A stretch of DNA of 64,000 nt, from the NCBI GenBank assembly GCA_024704765.1, contig JAKMXF010000330.1, positions 186,001-250,000 on the forward strand, given 5' to 3'. The DNA is from Oopsacas minuta. Its lineage: Eukaryota > Animalia > Porifera. Shown here one piece after another: positions 1-9,159 of the stretch (position 1 is the first letter of the stretch; each line of letters begins with the position of its first letter). Position numbers and translations under genes: made by a program. The notes under the pieces are model-generated. The model ran no database searches. It saw nothing but the letters and a program-made list of their open reading frames with translations, and was not told the origin of the DNA.

Positions 1-64
1 TAGGAGTATAGCTAGTCAGTAAAGTATAATAGATTATTTTAATTAAATAATAAGATAGAATTAA

Positions 65-898
65 TCAGAAGTATGTCTGTACACTGCTGTCTATTAATCC
101 TAGTTCACGTCCTAACAGACCATCATAGGTCTGAGTACCAAAGTCGAACAAATTGTCTGAATGTGTATGGGGGAAGAGGGACCACTCAGGGGACCAGCAC
201 TCGTGAGAGAGGAGTGTCTGTACCTCAGCATGCTCAGTAGAGGGTGAGTGAGTTAGCATGAGGTTAGTCTGTACTGACTCAGTCTGTGATACAGTAACTA
301 ATGTCTGGGTTTGTGTATCAGCCTGTAAGAGAGGGGAAGGCGGTATATAAGGAGGGTAGATAGTTGTGTAAGGAACTGAGTATGGAGGATAATGATCCTC
401 AACAGTCTGTGTAGAAGCTTCATTATAATACTTCTTCATTTTAATGGTACGTATCTTCTTGATACCATCCTTATTAGTATTTAATAAACTGATTAACGGA
501 TTGGAAATAACAATTTTCCTTTCTTCTCCAATTTTAAGAACAGATTCCTTTTTCCGGTCTCTCTTCTTCTTATAATAAACTTCAGGTTGTATCCATCTGG
601 ATTCCATCAGCTGTTCCTTAGCTGACTTAGTGATGTGTCTACTACGTCTGCAGTGTAGCTCAAGAGCTTGAGAAGAAGGAAAAGTTTTGTTACACTGACA
701 ACATTTGAACTTAAATCCACACTCTATCTTATGAGCTACACAGCGGTAACGTAATCCGAAGGATCGAGTACACTTATCACAGCTGTAAGGTTTGTTAGAG
801 TGTAGACTATGTATGTGTTGTTGTAGGTTGTTCTTACTGCTGAAGGGGTGTCTGTGTCTGGAACAGGTCTCTACAGGACACACAAGTGTATCTCTCAT
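65..898 (-). CDS. ATMIN: ATMIN/ASCIZ-like zinc-finger transcription factor with C-terminal LC8 (DYNLL1)-binding QT motifs; CDS intronless
   Basis: ORF track 65..901 begins at a GTG; first ATG at 898. Finger array CPVETC..H..H / CDKC..H..C / CCQC..H....H matches ATMIN fingers 2-4. The tail carries repeated ASTQT, DTQTQT, VSQT, SVQT, EVQT, FGTQT and SVQT motifs. Confidence 0.8.
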   Translation of the reverse strand: MRDTLVCPVETCSRHRHPFSSKNNLQQHIHSLHSNKPYSCDKCTRSFGLRYRCVAHKIECGFKFKCCQCNKTFPSSQALELHCRRSRHITKSAKEQLMESRWIQPEVYYKKKRDRKKESVLKIGEERKIVISNPLISLLNTNKDGIKKIRTIKMKKYYNEASTQTVEDHYPPYSVPYTTIYPPYIPPSPLLQADTQTQTLVTVSQTESVQTNLMLTHSPSTEHAEVQTLLSHECWSPEWSLFPHTHSDNLFDFGTQTYDGLLGRELGLIDSSVQTYF

Positions 899-909
899 CA
901 CAGAGCAAA

Positions 910-1269
910 TCTATATTATTAAATCTCTATTGCAATTTATGTGTTGTTTTTATGAATACAGTGGAGTCTCCCAAACGGACACTCCGAAAGCGGACAACAT
1001 CTCAACAGCGGACAAGCTCGTGGAACCAAATAAGTTAATAATACATGCAAAAAATACTTAATCAATCTCTGAGAAGCGGAGATCTCACCTACAAAGGACA
1101 AAATCTAATCCCAAACGTGTCTGTTATTGGGAGACTCCACCGTATACTAAACATGAATTACTTGAATGAAGCACCCATAGAACCGCCAATTGGGAGAATT
1201 AAGTATACTTCGAGGCTCAAAGCGCCGAGTTCATCGCGAAGAAGCGAAGAGCCAAATTCCGAAGGCTCT
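910..1269 (+). mobile_element. Non-autonomous Helitron-like element, copy 1
   Basis: 5' end A|TCTATATTATTAAA is shared with copies at 13344, 17730(-) and 22716. 3' end has a GC-rich hairpin (GAGCC..GGCTC) and a GGCTCT|T terminus; the 3' part resembles the 17267-17330 copy. Confidence 0.65.
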
Positions 1270-1354
1270 TACATAGAACAAAGGTAAGAAACTACATATA
1301 ACAGATGTATTAGTATATTATATCCCATTCAAACTAATACTCATAATGCATTTC

Positions 1355-2302
1355 TCAACTAGATTTGCTAACAATAAGAGCAGCTGATGGCACTAGACCT
1401 AACTCTTTAAGTGTCTTCTTATAATCTTCCAATGCATATACTTTTCTAGGAAATGTTGTGCCTAGTTCAAATTCTAGCAAGCCTGTCTCTGCTACGAGAA
1501 AGAGTCTTACATCATGTAAGAGCTGATCAGGCTTGAAGCTAGTAGGCATAGACTTACCATCAAGTAGTCTGAGATTAAGTTTACACTCTGTGTACTCCTT
1601 CTTTTCTCTGGGAGCTTCTGCCTCTACAGGCTTTTCAACAGCTGTTATCTTCCTTGCAGTAGATGCTGCTTTTTGATCAGCTCTATCTTTTGCTATTTCT
1701 TCTTTAATCCTCTTCTTAGCTTCCGCCTGTTCCTTCTTCTCTCTTCGTCTCTCTGTTGCTATCAACATAGCTTCTTGTTTCTCTCTCTCGTGTTTTGCCA
1801 TTGCAACCTGCTTACCCATTTCTCTGCGTCTTAACTCGTCATCTCTGTGTCTAGCTTTCTCTTCCTCTTCTCGTTGAATACGCTTAGCTTTTCTTATTTC
1901 TTCAAGTTTAGCCAGCTGTTGCTCCCGTTCTTCCTGAGTAAGAGGTTTAACTGATTCAGCACTCTCCGAGAAGCTAGAGTGTCCTGTCCGTGCAGCATGT
2001 GTCTCTGCTTCTACCGTAGAACGGAGCTGTTTCCCACACTCGTCACACTTTAGACTTTGAGCTACAACCCCTGAGGCCTCCTGATCCTCTGCCTCTGCAC
2101 CTCCACTTGTACCCTCAGGAGCAGTAGCAGAAGGAGTGACGTGATCCTCCTCTACACCTGGTTTACCCTCCTGTTGTTCTACAAGATAGTTAAGAGCCGC
2201 ATCAAGAGTTTTGCTACCAGATTTTTCCCAGGCTTCTCCTGCTTGTTCAGCTGTGAATCCAAAATCCTGTAACGACTCTAGCACCTGTGCTTTATCAGAC
2301 AT
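1355..2302 (-). CDS. UBXN1: UBX domain-containing protein 1 (UBA - C2H2 - coiled coil - UBX), p97/VCP adaptor; CDS intronless
   Basis: N-terminal UBA-like helices (LQDFGF..AALNYL), LKCDECGKQLRS..H..H finger, charged coiled coil, C-terminal UBX with FPRK loop. True ATG (MSDKAQ) at 2302. Confidence 0.9.
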   Translation of the reverse strand: MSDKAQVLESLQDFGFTAEQAGEAWEKSGSKTLDAALNYLVEQQEGKPGVEEDHVTPSATAPEGTSGGAEAEDQEASGVVAQSLKCDECGKQLRSTVEAETHAARTGHSSFSESAESVKPLTQEEREQQLAKLEEIRKAKRIQREEEEKARHRDDELRRREMGKQVAMAKHEREKQEAMLIATERRREKKEQAEAKKRIKEEIAKDRADQKAASTARKITAVEKPVEAEAPREKKEYTECKLNLRLLDGKSMPTSFKPDQLLHDVRLFLVAETGLLEFELGTTFPRKVYALEDYKKTLKELGLVPSAALIVSKSS

Positions 2303-2614
2303 AACTAAAGTATGATTTCTTGCTAGCAATCGTTACGTATGAAAAATATTACTCAATGCAGTAGAAGAAATATTACTTGGAACAGTTAAGAGGATCGATT
2401 CCTCAATGAAATGCAATTATTAACCATACTAATAATGATGTATGAACAGAGTTTTGTTATGAGTAGTATTCCCATGGCTATTAGTTAAATTGACACTCAC
2501 AGGCATTGTGGCGTCGCAGCTCATCGAATGAAAAATATTGTGTTTATGCAAAATAGCACTAATCTATTTAAACATACAAAGTAAAAGATATGAAATAAAT
2601 ATTTATCACGTGAT

Positions 2615-3772
2615 TCAGATCGTAGATTTAACCAACGCTAATTTATTAGATAGAGCTTCCAATACAGAGGGAGGCTGTAGGAATGATACAACTATAATAT
2701 TGCGTTGTGATTTACAGCTAGAAAATACTGACATAGGGAGACATCCTATACCCCTCTTGATCATCTCTTCGACAGGAGAGGAGTTATCCTCCACACACAG
2801 ATTAGACACATCTACTAGCATGTAGTATGATGCTACAGGGAGAATAGGAACAAGTCCCGCTTCCTTGAAGACAGAGAACATCTCATCCCTCGCTATTCTA
2901 GCCTTGTTATTGCTCTGAGAAAGCCAGCTGTGACTCAAATCAGCTGATACTTCATCACAAATAGGTTTAGAGACAGCTAACTGTGTGGGAGTAGGGGTGT
3001 GAAATATAACCATTACATGAGCCTTCATGATTTGATTAATGAACTCTCCATCCCCTATTACCCAGCCTATCCTCATGCTAGGTACTCCGAATAGTATATC
3101 CCCTGAGTGTACTGATATAGTACGATCCCACATACCTGGGAGGGAGTATATCCTCTCCAGCTGATCTTCAAACACCAGATTTTCAAACCTCTCATCTACC
3201 ACACAGAGTGTATCGAATTCTTCACATAAGTTAGCTACAGATTTGAGATCAGCTGATGAGTAGAGCTTATTCGTGAAGATAGAGGGACAGCTTAAAAGTA
3301 CTATTTTAGTTTTGCTAGAAAATGCTTTACGAAGCTTTTCATAGTTAATTTCTCCATCTGAGAGAGACACACATACAGGAACACCTCTTGCATGACGTAT
3401 TTGTGACCTCACTAGGGGTTGAATGGGTTCAATGAGAATAACCTCTTCTCCAGGATTCAAGAAAGTTATAAATACCTCGGTCATACAAGCGTCTACACCA
3501 GCTGACACGAGTATATCATTTTTAGAGTCTAATTCTCTAGATAGTAGCTTGCTATAGAGCTGAGCTATTGCCTGCAAGAGAGCAGGGTTACCTCTGCTAC
3601 CAGAGTATTGGTGCTTATAAGGATCTAATGTTATAGCGTGTAGAGCTTCAAGATAAGAGGCGGAGGGAGAGAAGAGAGATGAGGGAGTACAAAGGTCTAT
3701 AGACTGGTGTTGTGAAATCAGCTGAGAATGTAAAGAGAATGGGTCTTGTAGAGTGGAGGGAGTAGTTGCCAT
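2615..3772 (-). CDS. Kynurenine aminotransferase-like (class I/II PLP fold-I) protein, probably catalytically dead; CDS intronless
   Basis: QYSGSRGNPALLQAIA..LNPGEEVILIEP, VVDERFE and LPGMWDRTISVHSGDILFGVPSMRIGW align to KYAT1/3; the Schiff-base Lys position reads Ile (3095-3097). Confidence 0.8.
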   Translation of the reverse strand: MATTPSTLQDPFSLHSQLISQHQSIDLCTPSSLFSPSASYLEALHAITLDPYKHQYSGSRGNPALLQAIAQLYSKLLSRELDSKNDILVSAGVDACMTEVFITFLNPGEEVILIEPIQPLVRSQIRHARGVPVCVSLSDGEINYEKLRKAFSSKTKIVLLSCPSIFTNKLYSSADLKSVANLCEEFDTLCVVDERFENLVFEDQLERIYSLPGMWDRTISVHSGDILFGVPSMRIGWVIGDGEFINQIMKAHVMVIFHTPTPTQLAVSKPICDEVSADLSHSWLSQSNNKARIARDEMFSVFKEAGLVPILPVASYYMLVDVSNLCVEDNSSPVEEMIKRGIGCLPMSVFSSCKSQRNIIVVSFLQPPSVLEALSNKLALVKSTI

Positions 3773-4627
3773 TCTGGGAGATAGCTATATATTTCTTCCT
3801 CAAAATAGCAGAGCGTATTGAATCAGTAATAAATTCGCAATAAACTACAATCAAATACATATTTTACAAAATGCGTTAAGGAACAGAGAAAACCGCGAGA
3901 ATACTGAAAGCTGGACCCTAGTTCAATATGCAAAGAGTCGGTCAGTTGAATGACAAATAGTAATAGAAAGGTTGGAAAGTTTGACAGAAATGGGTATGCG
4001 GTATTAGTAAAATATTAAAATTAACCACATAGACATATAATATTGAATGAGAAGATATTGTTGCCAACACTGATGAGTGATCTATACCTGCTACCATAAC
4101 TTTTAGTGGTTGCAACAAGGATGTTACCAGCACTGCTGCATTACCGTTTAGGAATTTGGTTTTACTGAAGCAAAAATCTCCCAATTGAATTCTATCGAGT
4201 AAATTTTAACAACAATACACGTTGGTAGTACACTCAAACCTCTCTTATCCTGACCTCCGAGATACTATTTCCAAAAGGACTGAAATATATTTGACCATTT
4301 TCAGTAAATTCCCTTATAACAGAGCTGTCTTTACTCGTAATTCATATCTAACACGTTTCTTTGTAACTAAAAAATCTAGGTTCGTCAATTCAAATACATC
4401 TCGATATTTATCCTATATACTATAATTGGACTCCCATAGACTTTATGTTATTTCTGAGATCTGGGCAAATTCTGACTTCTTGGCACCCTCCGGATAAGAG
4501 AGATCGAACGTATTTAACTATGACACTCTGAAGTTCTCATTAAAATACTCATATATGATCTCAACATAAATTATTATTAATACTCTAGTTTTGTTTACCT
4601 CTGAAAGAAAACAATACTTTAAAGAAT

Positions 4628-5728
4628 CTACAATTGAGCATGACACACCTGTTGCATCAATAATGAACACATATCTAGCAGGTTAATATACTCATCTCCT
4701 CCATCTGCTATTCTCTTGTCTACATTAGCAAGTTTCAGTGCCACAGCTGATTTCTGTTTATCAGAAAGAATGTCAACTGTCAGAACCATGTCATGGAGCT
4801 GTGAAAGCAGCTGATTAGCTGAGAAGCCCTCTGCTATCACCTGACGTATAGCAGTATCCAATTGCTGGTAAGAATCAGACTGACAGGCTGTCAATAACTT
4901 ATCCATCACCTGAGACGGTATGAATCCGGATATCTCATACACTTGTGCTGCTTCTGTCAGATTGTCAGAGTCTGAATCTTGGAGACGAGCAATTGATTGG
5001 AGGTAAGTGATCGCTTTGCGCAGATCTCCCTCAGAAACATCATACAGAGCTCCGAGAGCATCCTCACTTATTCGTACATGTTCCACTTGAGATATGCTAC
5101 GTAGCTTGGCTTCTATTTGAGTCCTGGGGAGTGGAATGAATCTAAATTTAGCACATCTAGAAGTGATGGGATCAATAATCCGACTAATGTAGTTGCAGAT
5201 AAGACAGAATCTGGTGCTCCTGGATTCTTTCTCCATTATCCTCCTCAGAGCTTCTTGTGCTGGTTGTGTCATAGAGTCTGCTTCGTCTAAAACTACTAGT
5301 TTGATAGCTGGACAAGGTTGTCCGTCACTTCTCTTGGGAGGGACAGCTCGGGTAGAAAACCCTTTCACCTTCTCTCTAATCACATCAATCCCACGCTCGT
5401 CTGAGGAGTTCAGCTCTAGAACACGTTCTCGCATGTCATTAGGTCCGAACATTTCACGCGCCATTGCGAGAATTGTGCTAGTTTTCCCCGTCCCTGGTCC
5501 CCCGTAAAATAGGAGGTTAGGAATGTCCTCCCCCATGAGACACTTCTTCATAACAGCTACAACCTCTTCCTGGGATACAATATCTGCTACACCCCACGGT
5601 CTGTACTTCTCGACCCAAGGGGTCTGGTCTAGACGCTTGGATCGTGATTGGGGTTTATCTGTACCTCCGCTAGAGGTAGGGGCTGGTTTGGAGCTAGAAG
5701 GATTAGCTAACTTCAAAAATTGATCCAT
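4628..5728 (-). CDS. RFC4: Replication factor C subunit 4 (RFC 37 kDa, clamp-loader AAA+ ATPase); CDS intronless
   Basis: PWVEKYRP, Walker A GGPGTGKT, ELNSSDERGI, Walker B LDEADSM, SRC motif, GDLRKAIT, RFC4-type C-terminus. Confidence 0.93.
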   Translation of the reverse strand: MDQFLKLANPSSSKPAPTSSGGTDKPQSRSKRLDQTPWVEKYRPWGVADIVSQEEVVAVMKKCLMGEDIPNLLFYGGPGTGKTSTILAMAREMFGPNDMRERVLELNSSDERGIDVIREKVKGFSTRAVPPKRSDGQPCPAIKLVVLDEADSMTQPAQEALRRIMEKESRSTRFCLICNYISRIIDPITSRCAKFRFIPLPRTQIEAKLRSISQVEHVRISEDALGALYDVSEGDLRKAITYLQSIARLQDSDSDNLTEAAQVYEISGFIPSQVMDKLLTACQSDSYQQLDTAIRQVIAEGFSANQLLSQLHDMVLTVDILSDKQKSAVALKLANVDKRIADGGDEYINLLDMCSLLMQQVCHAQL

Positions 5729-6427
5729 CTACAAACAGTCAGTTAAATAGTTGTATGCATAAGTAATATGTGTGTAAAAAGTATACTGGTCGTTGAAAAC
5801 CAAAAAATGGTCATACCCAAAAAATGATCATGGCATCATTAGAAGCACAATCCTGCATAGAGTAACATATCCAAAATCCGCTAAAATCCGTTTTTGGGGA
5901 AAAGGCTGCGTTCCGTTCCGTGAAAAATGGAAGCCCTTTATAAAGTAGAGGTACCACAAGGGCCCCGGGGATAGTCTTGAGTCTAGGTATTCAGTCAGTA
6001 GACTGCACATCCCAAGTTTTGAGTTGGTAATATTAGGGAGTTTCTAACCAGTAAACGAAGTTGCTACAGAGAGAGATAATATAGCGAACTGAATTGACAA
6101 GTTTTCTTTACGATATTTAAATTTCTTGTCTCTTGTACATTAAGCCTTGTAAATCACAGAATAGTGTAGAAAAACAGTATCAAGCATTTGTTATGACATT
6201 TACCGTCGATGGTAACCAATATGTCAAATTTGTAACCATTGATATGTGCAACCAACAACTAAGTTAAATTTTCGTTAAGAAACTTTCCGTTCCGTTCCGT
6301 GAATTAGGGATGCCTCTTGTTTAGTGACGTGATAATAAGTTTGTCTGTTGGGAATTTGTATGTAGCAACTTACAGGTTAGAAAACTCCATAATTTTAATA
6401 CATTTAGATTTAAATATAAAATATGTA

Positions 6428-6834
6428 CCGGTGTAAGCGCGATTTATGGATCCCCATACCTAAAACGCTAGCGATATCTGGACCCTAATGTCATGGGGAT
6501 GCTCAGAAATGACCTTGAATTGGTGTTAATATTGCCCTTGGATGTTGTCCGGGATATCTCACCGCCCCTTAGATGTATGTCTGTGTGTTTTGAATTTATA
6601 TATTCTTATATTATAATGAATCCAAGGCAAAACCATAGTGAATAAAATCCACCAATCCTAAACTTTAAAGTGTCATTCTTATCTAATTCGATCGAAATCA
6701 CTCTTAGCAACTAGATATCACTTCCAAACACACATACCAACGTCTGGGAGGTCGTGAAACTTGCCTTCGGGTAGGGGCACTATATCGCTAGCGTTTTCGG
6801 GTTTCGAGGGTCCCCAAATCCCGCTTACAACGGG
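6428..6834. mobile_element. MITE with ~55-bp imperfect terminal inverted repeats flanked by TA
   Basis: Left CCGGTGTAAGCGCGATTT..AAAACGCTAGCGATAT versus right ATATCGCTAGCGTTTT..AAATCCCGCTTACAACGGG; TA on both flanks. Confidence 0.6.
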
Positions 6835-6839
6835 TATAT

Positions 6840-7699
6840 ATGTATATTCTCCCTAGTGGTAGTATTCACCTTATTAAATTAGATATGGATGCTGAGAGGA
6901 ATCAAATTGAAACACAATACAAGCTAATTTCACCTATCTCCTTCATATATGGGAAACGTGTTCGCTACTTGTATCATCGACCAATCTCTATAGTTATTGA
7001 TAAGATAACAGAAAATATTTACATGACTGATAGGATCGGTCACGATGTGAAAGTATTTTCCTCAACTTGTGATATCATATGTTTGGGATATAGCTATATT
7101 TGGTGACAACATTTATCTTACTAACACTGTAGCGGGTGTCTTTAATCATTTTGCAGAGGATATGGGATTTTGTAAAATAAAGAGAATAAGGAGAACTGCA
7201 AGTAATGAAAGACGTTTCAATCGACCAAAAGGCATGACTATCTCAGATCGGGGGAAATCTACCTGGCTGATTCTATGAATAGCAGAATAGAAATCTTAGA
7301 CGGTAATGACCTTAGTTTAATAAATAGATTAATACATCCATCTATGAAAGAACCAGTTAATGTAAAACTTACTCATCAAGAGATTTACCTACTTGTATGT
7401 TCTTCACAGGACTGTATACATGTGTTACATACACACATGAGAAGATACGTTCTATTATACAGTATGGGGTGAAAATTCATGAAATTAGTGATGCCAATTT
7501 CTTTTGCTTGGATTTAAGTAACTGTAATATACTGATAAGCGATGCTATAAAATATAAAGTGAAAATATATTCAAACCAGGGCATATTATTACAAACCTTA
7601 GGACCACCCCCAGAAACAGAGGATGAAGAAATATCGCAGGTACAATATATAGGACCTATAGCTATCACAAGTAAGCAGACTAGACGTACTTGTATTTAG
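6840..7699 (+). pseudogene. NHL-repeat / 6-bladed beta-propeller gene broken by frameshifts
   Basis: Four short overlapping ORFs in different frames each carry propeller-blade motifs (RPISIVID..NIYMTD, DIAIFGDNIYLT, FNRPKGMTIS, FFCLD..NILISD..KVKIYS..G.LLQTLG); flanked by MITEs. Confidence 0.7.
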
Positions 7700-7799
7700 G
7701 TGGTAACTTGATATGAACAAAGTTATAAACAATTTACGTATTACGTGTTTTGTAAAGATGTGTAAATCGATTAAAATTATTAGATCTCAATTAATGTTT

Positions 7800-7955
7800 G
7801 GGTTGCCGTGGATATGGGAATCCCCAATTCCCCATAGGCATGTAATGGTATGGGAATGATATTTTTCCTGTAGGAATCCCCATTTGAGGATTCCCATATT
7901 GGGATCCCCACCAGAAATCATATGGGAATTGAAATTCTACGCCACGGCAACCCTG
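7800..7955. mobile_element. Short hAT-like MITE
   Basis: Inverted termini GGGTTGCCGTGG (7800) / CCACGGCAACCCTG (7942-7955); internal GGGAAT/ATTCCC repeats; no clear TSD. Confidence 0.5.
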
Positions 7956-8808
7956 GTGATTTACGGAAAGGAATAAATCGGAGTCATACCTTTTTCTTAA
8001 TACCAATTTGGCTAGCAAATTCATTTGGTATATCCGCCTTGTATAGCTAAAATTTTAAAGGCGTTGAAAATTTGAATATCACCTCAAATCTTAAGAGGGT
8101 GACCAAATAATGCAAGGGGACCATCCATGACAAGTCATGGGTAAGGGGAACTAGGCATGACGGTGGATCAAATTTTGACACAATTCATATGTTTAACTCA
8201 ATACTTTGGCAACGCCGCAGAATGCGACCAAATTGGAACCAAAATGACTATTTCATGAGTCAGCAATATCCGAAATTACTTATTATAAATAAATGGTTCG
8301 TCAATTAATTATTCGTTTTGCTAACTGAGGTGGTGGAGTATGTTTAAGGTCGCTGCAACAAGTCGAATTAATCAACCATCACATACTAAACCTTTTCCAT
8401 TTGTACCATTGTACAATCATAGCGGACTACTTAGGCGTGGTGACGTGGACACAATAATTCTCACAAGCGTGTTAACTGTAAGTTGGAATAACAGAAATTG
8501 ATTAACAATCTCTTAATAAATAAGGTGGTGAAATGACTTCAGAAATGTAGCTTTCATTGAATGAAGAAAGAAGCGGGTTCTGCCATTGCTGGCACTCCTC
8601 AATTCACTCTTAATGGTAGTGACTACAATTCATCATCAGTAACGTGTTAGTTGAAATTGTCATTTAAATACAATTATCAATAACACAATGCATGGTTGAA
8701 CAAAAAATATCTGATATTGGACTTTTGGTTCCATATTTATCCTCCGGAATATTTGTTTCCCTATTTATATGCTATTTAAAGAGACCGAGGAACAACAATT
8801 AGATAGTT

Positions 8809-8865
8809 GACACGTGCTCGGGATTGCTGGTCAGGCTATGCGCCTAGCAATCCCGAGCACGTGTC
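8809..8865. repeat. Perfect 20-bp inverted repeat with 17-nt loop
   Basis: GACACGTGCTCGGGATTGCT (8809-8828) / AGCAATCCCGAGCACGTGTC (8846-8865). Confidence 0.9.
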
Positions 8866-9159
8866 TACGCACGCTCCTACACTTTATAGAAAGGATAACT
8901 CAACAAATAACTTCCATCCTTCTTATTCTCATCAATTAAATAAATACAGACATAACCACAATAAATTAATTGTACGGGTGATATGACGTCACAGCATGGT
9001 TAATTAAATTAAGAAATGCAAACTGTATTAAAATCTTAATATTTAATTATCCAGATGTTAAATGTATATAAATAATACACACAGAAAAGCAAATGTACAA
9101 AAAAATAGCTAGCTGTTATTTCTAAAAATTCCCCAAATCGGTAAAAGTATATACAAATT

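Noticed and set aside
792-1287. Plus-strand ORFs 792-1061 and 1045-1287
   Set aside because: Antisense to ATMIN or inside the Helitron; no recognisable domain.
5193-5723. Plus-strand ORFs overlapping RFC4 (similar shadows overlap the KYAT-like, ANKS1 and GPATCH4 exons)
   Set aside because: Antisense shadows of real coding sequence.
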